Positions 1-13,253 of a stretch of 64,000 nucleotides of DNA are shown here, piece after piece. Positions within the stretch are counted from its first letter, which is position 1, and each line of letters opens with the position of its first letter. This DNA is from Paramoeba atlantica (Eukaryota; Protista; Discosea): positions 430,399 through 494,398 of the forward strand of contig CDRNVI010000164.1 in assembly GCA_977017575.1 (NCBI GenBank), read 5' to 3'. Position numbers and translations under genes: made by a program. Under the pieces are notes generated by a model. It saw nothing but the letters and a program-made list of their open reading frames with translations, ran no database searches and was not told the DNA's origin.

Positions 1-3000
1 AACAAGGAGCCCATGAAGGAACTGGAAAGTTACCACGGTTGAGAGCCAAAATTTCATCATTTGCTCTTGTTCTCTTTCAGCTCGATTTTTCTCCTCCATA
101 ATTTCCATCGGCCCTTTCTGAACATCACTTTCTTTTTCTCTCTCTTGTTGAAATTTCGTCCAGGGAGAAAGTGGCTTATCTTGATGAAGAATAAACAATT
201 GGAAAGGTTGAATCATTAAGACTCCAAGAATAAAAATCACAGGACCGATTGACATGAGGAACAAACCGTTGCAAAAGACACCAAGATCGGTGCACATCGC
301 ATTCTCTTCCCCTCTCAGTTCCCACGCAGCACTTGGGATTTGCGTCGCTAACCAAACCACAGATCCACACAAGAAAATGCAAATAAAACCGAGCATCGCT
401 ACAAATTCGATCATGACAACTCCATAAACTCGAAATATGTTCAGAACTTGTAATAGAGAATACAAAACCATCAAGAAGACGATAAAATAAAGTTCAGTTC
501 CATTACTAAATACAGAACCAATGTCTGCCAACAGAGTGCGTTGTTGAGCGAGAGAAATTCCTTGTGCCGTCAACGCAGGACCGCCACACAAACAAAGCAA
601 CAACCAAAAATACAAGACAAGACTACTAAAGGATCTTTCTTTTGATGGAGCACCAAGAACGCCATACATAAATTCTGCCTCATCGAGAGGATTTTCAAAG
701 AGATCATCAGGACCGTGGAGTGCGTTTTGTGCGTCTTGTGGTTCGGGTGCAGATCCCTCCTGTCATATAATGAGAAGAAGAAAAGAGACAAGGAAAGAAT
801 GAGAAAAAGAGGAAAATAAACAATAATATTAAAAGAATTAATCAAAATGAATCAAACTAAATAATAAAATAAAGCAACAACCTCTTCTGTCTCATCATCC
901 TCCATTAACCGAGCCTCCCTTTCTTTCTCGAGCTGCTCTTGCAACTTTCCAACCTCCAACATCTTCCTCTCCTTCTCTAACTTCAACTTCCAAATCTGAT
1001 CCTCATGAACATCACTCAATTGAGCAAATTCTCTTTGCAATTCCCCTCCAACTTCTGGGTTTGGTGGAGTTAATGGACCGCCTTGTTGTTGTGGCAAAGA
1101 TTCTCCAACAACAACATCAATAAGCTCTTCAGAAGGAGAAGGAGAAGAAGAAGGAACAGCAGAAAGATCAGGAGGAGGGCCAACACTACCACTTTTTTCG
1201 ACAGAAGGAGGAGATTGAACGGGTTTTCCTGAAGCCCTTCGAATTTTATCCGCTTCTACTTGTAAAAGTTGTTGTACTGCTTGTCTTCTGTGGGTTGGAG
1301 AGAGACGAAGACGCATTTCTTCTTCTCTTTTTCTTTCTTCTTCCTCTTTTCTTCTCTTTTCTTCTTCGATTTTGTTTTCTGTTTGTGCTCGGGCGAGTCC
1401 GAGTTTTCTTTTTCTTTCTTCAACTTCTCTTTTCTCTTCTGCAAGTCTCTTCTCTTCCAGCTCCCGTTTTCGTTTTTCAACTCGCGAACGAATCGATTCT
1501 TCTTCATCTTGTAGTCTCTTTCTTTCTGCTTCTTCTTCTTCAAGTCTCCGTTCTCTCTCTCTCTCTTCCCTCCTCTCTTCAGCCTCTTTCTTTTTCCTAA
1601 CCTCTTCTTCAATCCTTTTCTTCTTCTCTTCCAATTCTCTTTGTTTTGCTTCCGCTTTTCGTCGTCTTTCTTTTCTTTCCTCTTCTAATCTCTCTTCTGT
1701 TAGCATGGTTTCTAATTCGACTTGTCTTTCAAGTTCTTTCATTCTTTCAGCGGATAAAGTAACTTCGGTTTTCTCAGTAACAATCTGTTGTAAATCTCTC
1801 GTTCCTTTGGTCTTTTTCACTGAAGAACTCGAAGAAAACAGATCTTCTCCTTCTTCTGTTTCTTTCTCCTTTTTCTTCTTTCCGAGTTCAAAGGAGGGCA
1901 GCTCAAAGGGGTCACCAAGAACGGGGGTACCAACACTTCCCATCACCCCTTTCTTTTCTTTTCCTTTTTCTCGATCCATCTCGCCTGCTACGAATGGTAA
2001 AGCTGCGCTTTTGATAATGGGTGGAGGCTGAGAGGGATCAAGAATCAGAGGGCTTTTTGGTCTTGTTGTTCCTCCTCCTGTCGTTATCGTCGTGGTCGTC
2101 GTCGCAGTTGCTGGACTTTTCTTTTTCTTTTGTTGTAAAGAGCCATCACCAATCCTTGGAAGAGTCAAAGCACTAAAAACGGGAACAGGAGTGGCAAGTT
2201 GCCTCTTCACAGGTGAAGAAATAAGCTCTTCTGATCCAAAAGGCAAATCCGCGATCGAATCCGTCTTTTCTTCTCTCTGACTTGTTGATGAGGTCGTTGC
2301 CCGGGGAGCAGCAGTAGATTGTCTTCCTTCCAGTGGAAAAGGCTCTCTCTCTCGCCCACCCCCACCACCACCAAACTCTCTTAAAAAATCTGCTGTTGCT
2401 CCATTTTGAGCGCTTGCAGAAGAGAAAAGACGAGAAGAAGGAACAGAAGATGGTTCAACAAAAACAGGATCTTTTCGTTTTTTGGAGAGAGGAGGAGAAG
2501 AAGAAGAAGAGAGGTCGAGAAGAGAGGTAGTGTGAGGGGCAGGAGGGGGAACAACTCTTTCTTTCTTTTTTGATTTTTTGGAATAGTAATCATCGAAGAT
2601 TGGTTTGCCCATGATCAGAAAATCACCACCACCACCTGCGCCACGAGTTTGTCCATACTTTTCATAATTTTGTTCTCTTTCAATTTGAAAGGTTAATTCC
2701 TCAAGTTCTTTAATTCTCTGATTTTGTTCTGAATCTCTTTTTCTTCTTTCTTCTTCAAATTCTCTTTCGAGTTCTGCTTCTTTGATTTGGCGGAGCTCTT
2801 CTACTCTTTTTCTTTTTTCTTCTTCTATCTTTTCTTGTTCCTTTTTCCATTTCTCTTCTTCAAGTTGACGTTGTTTTTCTTCTTCTTCTTGTCTTTTTCG
2901 GTTCTCTTCTTTTTCTATCTGTCTTTCTTCTTCTCTCCTCTTTTTTAATTCCCCAGCTTCGAGCATATTTTGCACTCTCTCCTTCTCCTCTTCAATCTTC

Positions 3001-6000
3001 TTCAATCTCTCTGTCTCCTCTCTCTTCTTTCTCTCTTCTTCATCTCTTTTCGCTTGAAGTTTCCTCTCTTTCTCTCTCTTCTTCCTTTCAATCTTTTTTT
3101 GCACCGCTTCCTCTTCTTTCCTCTTTTTCAACTCAAAATCTTCGAGTTTAACTCTCTCTAACTCTTCTTCAAACATCATATCCGCTTCATCTCTTCTCTC
3201 TTTCAATTGTCGAGCATATCGAGCAATTCTCTTTTGCTCTTGTTCCCTTTCTATCTTTTCTCTCTCTGCTTCTTCGATTTGCTGTCTCTCTTCTTCTTCT
3301 TGAATCCTTTTCAAATTCGCAAGTTGTTCCTCCTCCAATCTTTTCTCTTTTTTCAATTCCTCTTTCTCCAACTGTCTCATCTCTTTCTTTTGTTTCCTTT
3401 CTTCTTTTCTTATTCTCCTTAAACGAAAACCAGCCATAATATCATCAGTAGCGCTCATCTCCTCTTCATCACTTCCTTCCTCACTCTCTTCTTCTTCTTC
3501 CGCACTCTCTTCTTTCTCTCTCTCTTTCTCTCCCTCATTACGATTTTTCATCCTTTGAATCGCACTCTGCCTCGCTTCTCTCAGCCCTTTTTCTCTTGCT
3601 TTTCTCTTCTTTTCCAAGACTTCAGGATCAGAATCATCATCTTCGTCATCGTCATCTTCATAATCCTCCTGATTATATCTCGAGAGAGACTCTTCTCCTC
3701 CCTCCTCATTCTTTCCCCCCCACATTCCTTCTCCTTCTCGTTTCATATTATCCTCCACTTTCTGCTTCTCTGAATCCCACCAAAGATCAAGTTCACTTTT
3801 CTTCTCTTGCTCTTCTCCCTTTCTTCTCTTTCCTTTTTTCTTCCTTCTTGGAGGTCCTCCTTCAGAGAATTGTTGAAGAACAACAGAAGATTGGATCTCA
3901 GCTTCATGTTTGGCCTTCGCCTCCGCCTTTTTCTTCTCTTTCGCCCAAAAATCGTCAATCGAAAAAGTTGGAGCTTTCTTCTTTTTCTTTCTTGCTTCTG
4001 GGTTCTTACCACTCGGGGTTTGTTGGGTCATCTTTTTCATCTCTTCTTCGAAGAGGGCGTTTGGATCGACATCACCGCTTCCCATCATTTCCGAAGGATG
4101 ATCAATCGTTGTCGCAAGAACAGGAGGAAGACTCGCCAATTCATTCAAAGGAGGAGTTAGAATCGAAGAAGAAGCGTTTCCATCTTGCTGCATTCTTTCC
4201 ATCTCTTCTCTGAACAAACGATCGGCTTCTGACTCGGTTTGAGTGGCCAGCTCTTCTTTTTGGATCATCTCTTGCGTTGATTTCATTTGTTGTTTTCGGA
4301 TTCGACGTTCTTCTTCCCTCTTTTTTCGTTTCTCTTCTTCTTCTTTTTGCTCTCTTAGCTTTCTTTGATCAAATTCTTCTTTTCTTTTTTGCTTCTGCTC
4401 TTCTGCGATCCTTGCTTGGCTTTCCTCTTCCTCCCGCCTCTTCTTTTCTTCTTCCTCTTGGCGTTCCATCAACCGTCTCTGCTTCTCTTTCTTTTTCATT
4501 TCCTCCATCAACTGTTTCTCTTTCTCGCGGAGTCTCTCTTCTGCAAGTCTCTTTTGTTCTTCCCACAAACTCTTCGTAGAGGCTTGAGATGATACCCTCG
4601 GAACACTTTTCACTTTTCTTTTCTCTTTTTTCGGTGGTTCGGGTTCCGGCTCCGGCTCCGGCTCCGGTTCCGGTTGTTTTGGCGCGGAAAAATGGTCGTC
4701 TTGTTGGGGGTTTTCGAGTCTTTGCATTTCTTCGTAATAGAGGCGGTCCGCTTCGGACATATCCTTGGGGTCTGGGAGAAAAGCTTCTTTTGTTCTCCGT
4801 TGGTCTCGCACTTTTCGCTTTTCTTCTCGTTTCTCTTTCTCTTTTTTTAATCTTTCTTGCTCTTTTTCCCAATCTTGAATCTCTTTATCTCTTTGTTTTT
4901 CAGAAAATTCGACGATCTTTTTTCTTTGCTCCAATTTCCACAACCGATCCTCCTCTTGCTGCCGCCTTTCCTCTCGAAGGACATTTTTCCTCTCTAAGAC
5001 CTGTTTGGCTTGCATATCCATCTTTTCTTGCACGGCCTTCTTTTCTTGTTCCCAAAGACTATCAACGAAACCTTTCTTTTCTCTTTTCTTTGATCGCTTG
5101 GTACTGTCACCTTTCTCTCCGTTTTCAACTTCCTTCATTGGAGAATCAAGAAGAGAAGGAGACGCAGCAGGTTCAGGAGAGATGGGATTCGAAGGAGACA
5201 GGAGACCATGAGGAGGGGACAAATGATCAGAAGAGGGGACGAGAGGGGAATCAGAAGAAGGAATTAAATCAGAAGGAGGGGTTGCAGAGGGTTGGAAGAA
5301 ATCAGAGGTTGCAGAGGGCTCAGCAACAGGTGGTGTTGCAGGAGGGAAGTCAGAGGAAGGAGGAAGAGGCGAGGAAGGTTGAAAGAATGCAGGAGTTAAA
5401 GGGGAGAGTGATGGTGGAGGTGACGGATGAAGAGGGCTTTCAGATTGCGGAAGAAACTCCGACTGAAGAGAAGAGGGTTGTTGAAAGAATGAGGGAGGTG
5501 TGGAAGGAGAGGGAGATGATGCCTCTGGTGGGAACGCTGTTAAAAGAGAGGGGCTTTCAAACTGAGGAATAATCTCTGGCTGAGGAGGACTTTGTGATCG
5601 AGCTGGAGATGGAGATGGAGATGGAATGAGAGGAGAAGCTGAAGGAGGAGGTGATGGAGAGCGATGTTGTTCTTGTTGTTGGGAGAGAGACTCTTCTTCA
5701 ACTTTTCTTTGTCTCTCTTCCTCTTCCCTCTTCCACTGTTCCTCTTCTTCTCTTCTCTTTCGATCTTCTTCTTCTCTCCTCTCTTCTTCCTCTTTCTTCT
5801 TCCTCTCTTCCTCTTCCTTCTTCCTTGCCTCTTCTTCTGCCACTTTCTTTTTTCTTTCCTCCTCTTTTCCTTTTTCTCTATTTTCTTCTTCCTTTTTCTG
5901 CTCCTCTTCTTCAGTTGTTTCGAGAAACACTTCTAATTTTCCCATTGTGCGATAAACAACATCGCGAACGTCTTCAGAAACGTCATTTTCAAATCGACCC

Positions 6001-7332
6001 AACTCTTTTAATATCTTTTTATCATCAAGTTGAAAGACATCTAAAAAAGAAAGAAACACAATCAGTCAATTAAACAAAGAACAAAAATTAAATCAAAAGA
6101 AATAAAGAGAAAAAAAAGATCAAAAGAAAGATAAAGTAAAGGACCAGAATAATTTCGCTGAATCCGAAAGGCATCCAAAACCTTTTCAATCGCTTCAAAA
6201 CAAACAACTTTTTGATCTGAAGAAGAAGAAGAAGCAAAGAAAAAAATTTCTTCAATCCACGTTTTGACACTCAGATAATTCTTTTGTGTTCTTTGATAAA
6301 GAGAGACAATCGCCTCGGTGCTCCCTTCAGTTTCTAAAATCAAAGAAAAAAGTCCAATCACACGATCCTTGAAAAAGAGATTGTTGGTCAAAAAAAAGAA
6401 CAAAACTCCAAAAAAAAAAAGGAATAATAAAATAATAATCATAAAAAAAGAAAGAAAAAAAAAAGAAAAAAAAACTTGGTATTGAAAAAGTTGTGAGGAA
6501 AAATATTGAAAAAGTCGTCCAAGTAACCGATCAATTTTTTCAACAAGAGCTTGAGAAGAACAATCTCTTAAAACAGATCGAAGTCCCACAATTCCAGCTA
6601 ATTGAAGTGATTCTTCTTCCTTATCACAAAGCTGAAGAAGAAAAGAAGAAAGAAGAAGAAAGAAGAAAGAAAGGAAAAGGAAAATAAAAATGTGAGAAAT
6701 CAATTTTTGTTTTACAAAGGTTTTTTTCTTTCTTCTTTGAGAATAAAAGAAACCTTAAAGAGAGGTCTGAGAAAAGAGGCCAAATCAGCTGCAGGAAAAG
6801 CGGCTAAAGTGGCAAGTGGTTCACAATAAATCCCCATCTCATTTCCACTTTTGAATTCTATTTTTTTTTCTTCTTTTCAGATCCAATTCTTTTTCCTCTT
6901 TACAAAGAAAAAAAGAAAGAAAAAAGAAAAAAGAAAAAAGAAGAAAAGAAGAGAAGAAAAAAAGAAAAAAAGAAAAAGAAGAAAAAAAAGAAGAAAAAAA
7001 AAATAAAAAAATAAAAAATAAAAACCATTATCAGAATCAGCCAACCGATCAGTAAACCAAGAAACCAAAGAATCAATCCGATTCTTCGACAAATCTTCAG
7101 AAGAAGAAAGAAGCAAATCAACCAACTTCGCAACCTCCCTCCGAAAAACCATCTCCTCTTTCGAATCAACCATCAAAAACTCCAACAACAAAACTTCTCT
7201 TTCTTCTTGATCTTCCACTCTCAAAACAAAATCTCGAATCTCAGAAATTGTATTCCCAACATTTGAAGATGTCAACAACAGGAAAATGTATTCCTGAGCC
7301 TTCGATTGTAGCTCCTCAAGATTGCTCTCCAT
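1..7332 (-). CDS. Very large multi-exon protein: N-terminal helical (HEAT-like) region, ~1700-aa charged coiled-coil/Pro-Ser-rich middle, multi-pass transmembrane C-terminal region; 3' end lies beyond the window start
   Basis: ATG at 7332 (MESNLEELQSK). Exons joined in frame through GT-AG introns: ...DSDN|EFKSGNEMGIYCEPLATLAAFPAADLASFLRPLFK|LCDKEEESLQLAG..., then the 852..6059 ORF. Intron 760-881 leads into an open frame 759..1 that the ORF track misses (EGSAPEPQDAQN...LVLYFWLLLCLCGG...LYFIVFLMVLYSLLQ...), with about five or more hydrophobic segments. Confidence 0.7.
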
Positions 7333-7931
7333 CTCTCTCTCTCTCTTTCTCGAAAAAGAAGGAGACAATCGACCTCTTGTTTTGTTTTTGGTTTTGGGTT
7401 CAAAAAAGAACTCTCTTTTCTCTCTTTTTCTTTCGGGAGATGATCTTGTTTGGTTTCCAATCTCTCTCTCTCCCTCTCCTCTCTCCCCAACAACGAGCAA
7501 ACAAAAAAACGAACGAACGAAAGACAAAAAAGACGCGCAAAAAAAAGTTTTTCGACTTTTTTCGACGTTTGTCCATTCAAAATCTTTTAGACGTCCAGAA
7601 AAGGACGTTCGAAAGACATCAAAAAAAATGTCAAAAATCCTTCTTTTTTTTCGTTGAAGTCGCAATCAAAAAACGCGAATTTCATTGAACTGGAGAAAAC
7701 CTTCATGTTCTCGTTGTGAAGTTCTATTCTCAAAAAACTTTCCACGACCAACCAGCGACGAACGAAAAAGAAAAACCTCTTCCCTCGAGCTTGGAAGTCT
7801 TCTGAGATTTAAAGAAAAACCTTGTTTTGCTCTTATCAGTTCGGTTTTAGGTCCTTTTTTCGTTCGGTTCGGGTTCGGTTCGTTGGTCAGTTCAAAAAAC
7901 AACAAAACGATTGGTCGTGTTTTCGAGTTGT

Positions 7932-8660
7932 ATGGACTCTGAAGAGAATGGAAGTATAATGTTCGGTACTCCCTCCCCTTCTCCTTGTGCAATGGGAAAG
8001 GAAGAGAAGAAGCGTTTAATTCGGGAAAAAATGCAAAGACACATCGCTTCCCAAAGATCAGAAGCTCTCGAAAAGAAGCTCCGTCAGACCAACCAAAAGC
8101 AGAAAGAAACCAAATCGAATCGCGATGTGGTTGACTCTCTTGATCAAGAGATTCAAAGACTCCAAAGCTTAAGTGTTTGGTCTATGACCCCTGAGCAGAG
8201 AAGTGATGTGAAGAAACAAATAGAGCTTCTCCAACAAAAGAAGAAGGGAGGATGGGAGACTGCCCCTGGAAGAAAAATTTTTGTGGGAAAAGTGGTGTTT
8301 GATGATTTAGAAAAAAAATTTAAGTTAAATCCTCCAATGTTGAAACAACACATCCAAATGAGAAAAAAGGCTTTTGAAAGAATTTTTTCAAAGTTTGGAG
8401 AGGTCGAGAATTTTCAATGGGTTGAAGAGAAAACATGTTTCTTCGTTACCTACGAAGATTCTTCGGTTGCTCAAACTGTTGTTGAGACTTTGGCTGATTT
8501 TAACACTCGAAAAGATTATATTCAGAAAGAAAAGAAATTCCTTGAACAGAAACACCTTCCTGTTCTTGTGGCTCCTCGATTTTCGTATTACGTTCGTTGG
8601 CCCAAAAATTATCAACTTAATCAATCCTCTTCAGCCCCAAAGAAAGAGGAAGAAGAATAA
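7932..8660 (+). CDS. RRM-domain RNA-binding protein with N-terminal coiled coil
   Basis: Intronless ORF; RNP2-like KIFVGKV and RNP1-like TCFFVTY motifs with FSKFGEVENF between them. Start could be ATG 7932 or 7992. Confidence 0.7.
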   Translation: MDSEENGSIMFGTPSPSPCAMGKEEKKRLIREKMQRHIASQRSEALEKKLRQTNQKQKETKSNRDVVDSLDQEIQRLQSLSVWSMTPEQRSDVKKQIELLQQKKKGGWETAPGRKIFVGKVVFDDLEKKFKLNPPMLKQHIQMRKKAFERIFSKFGEVENFQWVEEKTCFFVTYEDSSVAQTVVETLADFNTRKDYIQKEKKFLEQKHLPVLVAPRFSYYVRWPKNYQLNQSSSAPKKEEEE

Positions 8661-8827
8661 AAACAAATAATAACAATCAAAAACAATTCCCTCATTATTT
8701 TTAAACTCTTGCTTTGATTTTTTTCTTTTGTCTGTTTTTTGTTGTTGGAGAATGAAAAAACACCCATAGAGAAGAGGAATCACACATAAATAACAACGAT
8801 TGATTATTCCTTTTGGGTTGTTGAGTA

Positions 8828-11800
8828 TCAATCAGATCGCTGTGGAGGGTGAGGATTGGATTGGAAGTTGGTTTGAAAGTTGGGTTGGGGGTTCATTTGG
8901 GGGTTCATTTGGGGGTTCATTTGGGCTCCATTTGAGTGAAAGTAGACAACCTGCTGCTGTGGCTGATCAGGAGGGGCTGCAACGAAAGTCTTTGGGTGAG
9001 ATATGGGGGCTTCGTGAGGCATTGTGAAACTGGGTGGAGAAGGAGAAGGAACTGGAAGTTCAGGTTGAGTTGGGGTTGAATAGTACATACGAGGAACGAA
9101 GGGAGCTGTCTGAGGAACAGAAGCTGGAGGTAATCGAGCAGGAAGTTGAGGAAAAGAACCTTGCGAAGCTCCAGGAACAGGAAGTTGAGGAAAAGGAGTT
9201 TGAGAAAAAGGAGTTTGAGGAACAGGAGCTCGAGGAACAAAGCCCTGAGGGACAGGAGCTTGAGGAACAGGAACTCGAGAAACAGGGGCTTGAGGAGCAG
9301 GGGCTCGAGGAACAGGGGCCTGAGAAAAAGGAGCTTGAGGAACGGAAGCTTGAGGAACAAAAGCTCGAGGAGCAGGGGCTTGAGGAACAGGGGCCTGAGA
9401 AAAAGGAGCTTGAGGAATGGGAGCTTGAGAGACAGGAGCTCGAAGAACAGGGGCTTGAGGAACAGGGGCCTGAGAAAAAGGAGCTTGAGGAATGGGAGCT
9501 TGAGGAACGGGAGCTTGAGGAACAGGAACTCGAGGAACAGGGGCTTGAGGAATGGGAGCTCGAGGAACAGGGGCCTGAGAAAAAGGAGCTTGAGGAATGG
9601 GAGCTTGAGAGACAGGAGCTTGAGGAACAGGAACTTTTGGGAGAGAGTGTGATAGAACAGGAACAGGGGAAAGAGAAGGGACAAAGGAAGGAGATGAAAC
9701 AGGGGTAACTCGAGCAGTTGGAACAGGAGCAGAGATTTGAGGATTCTTAACAGCAGGAGGAATCCTATGAGACAAGGGCACATCATTCCCATCCCCATTT
9801 GGTTGATTCATTTCTGTCTCTGGAGCTAATAGTTTAGGAGGTCCACTGCAAATATCCATATGATCCACGTTCTCTCGAGGTGGAGAAGATTCGTGACATG
9901 AATCAGTGTCACTACCTCCATCATTCAAATCGATTGAATCACCAGTTCGCATAATTTTTACTGTTGTTGGTTCGAAAACCGCAATTTGCTTCTTTTGATA
10001 CATTTCTTCATTTAATTGATTTCTTCTCTGAACTCTGTGTGTTTTGGGGAAGAATGTAAATCGAAAGAATGAATGACTAAAACAGGAAAAATAAAAATGG
10101 AACTACAACAAACCTTCTCTCTCTCTCTTCAATTCTTTTCTTTTCTCGTTCAATCATTTTCAATTTCTGGAATACAAAATTAGCATCTTTGACAAAAAGG
10201 TCCAATCTCAAAAAAATTTACCTTCTGTTCTTCTCGAAGTTGTTTTTCTTTTGCAAGACGTTCTTGTTGTTGGGCCCGTTCAATTTCCTTTTGTTGTTTT
10301 CTGCTCAATCCAGGGATTGATGGCACCTGGAACCAGTATTGAACGAAAAAACTAAAACAATTCTTTAAATTCACAACAAAAAAAACCTTTGGGAGTTTGG
10401 TGGAACTACTCAAGGTGTTACTTTCTTCAGTTACTCGAGTGATTTCCTAGTTGGAGTTTTATTTTTAGTCTTCAAAAAAAAAATCGAAAATATAATAAAA
10501 AAATTCCTCTCCCTTAAAACAAAATTATTCTTGAAACTGAAGAAAGAAAGAAAAAAAACTTTCTGAAAAATTCGAGCAGAACGTTTCCTTGGGAGAGCTT
10601 CAATAAAAAGTCGCTTTTCCTTCGCTTTTTCTTTTGCTTGGAGTTCTTCAATGACAGCAGGAATAATATCAGAAAAACTGTCATACAATTCTTGATCATA
10701 TGTGTCCTCGGATGCTGACAACTTTGCTTCAAATTGCTCCCAATCCTCTAATGTCGAACACAACAAATTCCAGTTATAGGAGGATGGAACTGGGCGGGTA
10801 TCCATGGACTCTTCTTCTTCTTCTTCTTCTTCATGAAGTTGGGTTGATGAAGATTTTGAGCGTTTTCTTTTCCTTCCCCGACCTTTTTTTCGAGTTTCTT
10901 CCTCAAGGCGCTGTTGTTCTTCAATTTCTTTCTGTTCTTTTTCTTGCTGGGCGACAATTTCTTTCACCAAAAGTCGAGAAGAACGACGCGATTTTCCAGA
11001 TTGTGAATTATCAAGTATTATTGATTGTATCTTTCTTCGAGAAGAGAGGCTTGTTCCTTCAAAGGGCGATTGAATTGAAAACAACGACTTTTCGATCGAT
11101 GGAGCAAGCTCCAGCGAAATCTCTGCTGTCGGAGGAGAAACGGAGCTCGATGATATTGTTTCACTCGTACAATCGCCAATTTTCCTTCTTTTTCGATTCC
11201 GTCTTCCTTTTGAAGGAGTTGTTGGAGAATCTTCTTCTTCTTGAGCTTCTTGTTCAATGTCAGGAACAGGAACATCTTGTAATTCTGATTCATCAGACTT
11301 TGTCTTTGGTTCTTCAAAAACAGGGATTTCTTGATACAATCGGCAATCGCCAAAGTACCAGAAACGAGTTTGCCCAGAATCTTCTCCAAGACAAAGGGAT
11401 CGAACAGGGGGGAGGTCTTGAACGAGGTCATTATTTGTTTCAATCCACCATTCACAGAGACACCACAGAATAAGAATCTTTTTTTTCAAATAAAGTTACA
11501 AACTTTTTTTAAAAAAAAAGGAAAGGAAAAGAAAAGAAAAAAAAATTCTGACCTTAATGTGGGGTTCAACATTTGAAACATACTCAGAGAGAAGTGGTGG
11601 AAGATTTTGTATCAAGGAAAGCTGCGAGTTTCCACTCACTTTCTCAAGTTTCTGGAGATCAATCGAGTTTTTTTGAAAAAAATCCAGTGTCCCAGAGATT
11701 GCTTCCTTCGGAATTCCAAGGAGGGCCAAAGCGGCTTCTTGAGCCTCTTGAGAGTTTTTTTTTGTCTCTTTTTTTGCTTCTTCTTTTGCCTCTTCTTTTG

Positions 11801-12978
11801 ATTCTTCTTTTAACTCTTCTTTTAACTCTTCTTTTGACTCTTCTTTTGACTCTTCTTTTGACTCTGATTGTGGCGAAGGGGGTGATTCGTGTTTCTCCTG
11901 AGGTGCTGGAGTTGAGGGTTCCTCTGAAGATGTAGAAGATGAAGGAGAAGAAGGAGAAGAAGGAGAAGAAGGAGAAGAAGGAGAGGAAGAGGAGGAAGAG
12001 GAGGAAGAAGAGGATGAAGAAGAGGATGAAGAAGAGGATGAAGAAGAGGATGAAGAAGAGGATGAAGAAGAGGGCGAAGAGGGAACAGAGATTTCATGGT
12101 CTGTATCATCCGTTCCTATACCATTTGCTTGTTTCTGGTCATCGTCATCTACTTGCTCAGCCTCTTCCTCAAGAAGGTTTTCTTCATCTTCAAGTGAATG
12201 AGCTCGGTCTCCTTTTTTTCGAGTAACTTTCAATCCAAATGGGGCGGCTGCGATAATTTCTGAAAATTCTTCTCTCCAATCATCCGCATAGTAACTTTCA
12301 AACTTCGAGATCAGCTCCTTTTTCAAGTGTTCAACATACGTCCCAATTCTGTTTTCAAAAAGAATTTTTGAACAGTCAATATCAACTGGATCATACAATT
12401 GGAAGTTTTGGAAAAAGAGAGATGATAGAAAAAAATTTCAAACGTGATGAAATTTTGACCCTTCTTTCGAATCCCACGTAAGAGCTTGACATGGAGATCA
12501 TGAAAATCAACATTCGACTCAGAGTTGAGGATTGTCTCTTCAAATTCCTGAGATAATGGAACAAAGTTCGTTGTAGTGGATGACTTTTTTTTGGATTCAG
12601 AAAACAAAAAAGAAAAATGCAAACCTCTGGTCGAGAAAAAGCTTTGAGGCCAAGCTGAGATCGAAAGTTTTTTAAAAAGTGAAGAACTGCAGCGCAGTGC
12701 CATGTTGAGTGAATATTTGCTGTCAAAATGAATCAATTTGGAGGAAAAGAAACGTTGAGAAGAAATAGATAAGGTGTCCGTTAAAGGGGGAAAGGGGAGA
12801 ATATAAAAAATATGGATGAAAAACTCCTCTCACCCCCAACAAAGCTTTGGATATCAACGGAATAATTTTGAAACAAAATTAAAGTTAAAGTTTTTTTGTT
12901 TGGGTGTGTCAAAAGGGATTTGGGGGGGTGCGGAAGAAAAAAGAAACCTTTTTCGCTTTTCCCATCGGTTTGAACCAT
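8828..12978 (-). CDS. DDT/WHIM/WSD-domain ISWI-associated chromatin protein (CECR2/RSF1/Ioc3-like) with Pro/Gln-rich repeat tail
   Basis: DDT-like WHCAAVLHFLKNFRSQLGL...FEETIL...DLHVKLLRG; WHIM2-like LGEDSGQTRFWYFGDCRLYQE; WSD-like WNLLCSTLEDWEQF; LPRKRSARIFQK. Small in-frame exons (EITRVTEE..., FFVQYWFQ..., KLKMIEREKR...) link the 10431..11489 and 8828..10003 ORFs. Putative first exon MVQTDGKSEK at 12978. Confidence 0.7.
9030..9710. repeat. 15-bp-unit coding minisatellite (consensus GAGCTTGAGGAACAG on +) encoding QAP(V/I/F)(P/S) pentapeptides on the minus strand
   Basis: About 30 degenerate units read directly; a 12-bp GGGGTTCATTTG repeat (QMNP) follows at ~8888-8925. Confidence 0.9.
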
Positions 12979-13253
12979 TGAAACGACGAAAGAAAGCGAA
13001 AAAGCCTAACGGTGTCCAATTTAACGGCTTTTCAGGGACACCAATATTTTTTAAAACCCAATAAAAAACGAAAAAAATCTTTTCAGATATTCAAAAAAGA
13101 GAAAACGTCACGTCAGCGTTTTTTCCCTTTTTTTTTTTTTTCCTCTTTCCTTCTTCCCTTTCTTCCCGAGGTATGCCCTCTCACCTGTTTCTTTCTTTTT
13201 CAAACAAAAAGAGCTTTTGTTTAAAGATATAAAATCAACCTTTTTTCTTTTAG

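Noticed and set aside
176-845. ORF-track minus-strand ORFs 176..382 and 570..845
   Set aside because: Wrong frames; the third frame is open from 759 to 1 and splices in phase to the large ORF.
1256-6073. Many long plus-strand and alternate-frame ORFs rich in F/L/S or K/R
   Set aside because: Antisense and off-frame shadows of the GAA/AAG-rich coiled-coil gene; low-complexity DNA lacks stops in those frames.
9034-9708. 224-aa Glu-rich and 168-aa Arg-rich plus-strand ORFs
   Set aside because: Products of the 15-bp minisatellite; the minus-strand frame is the one spliced to the DDT gene.
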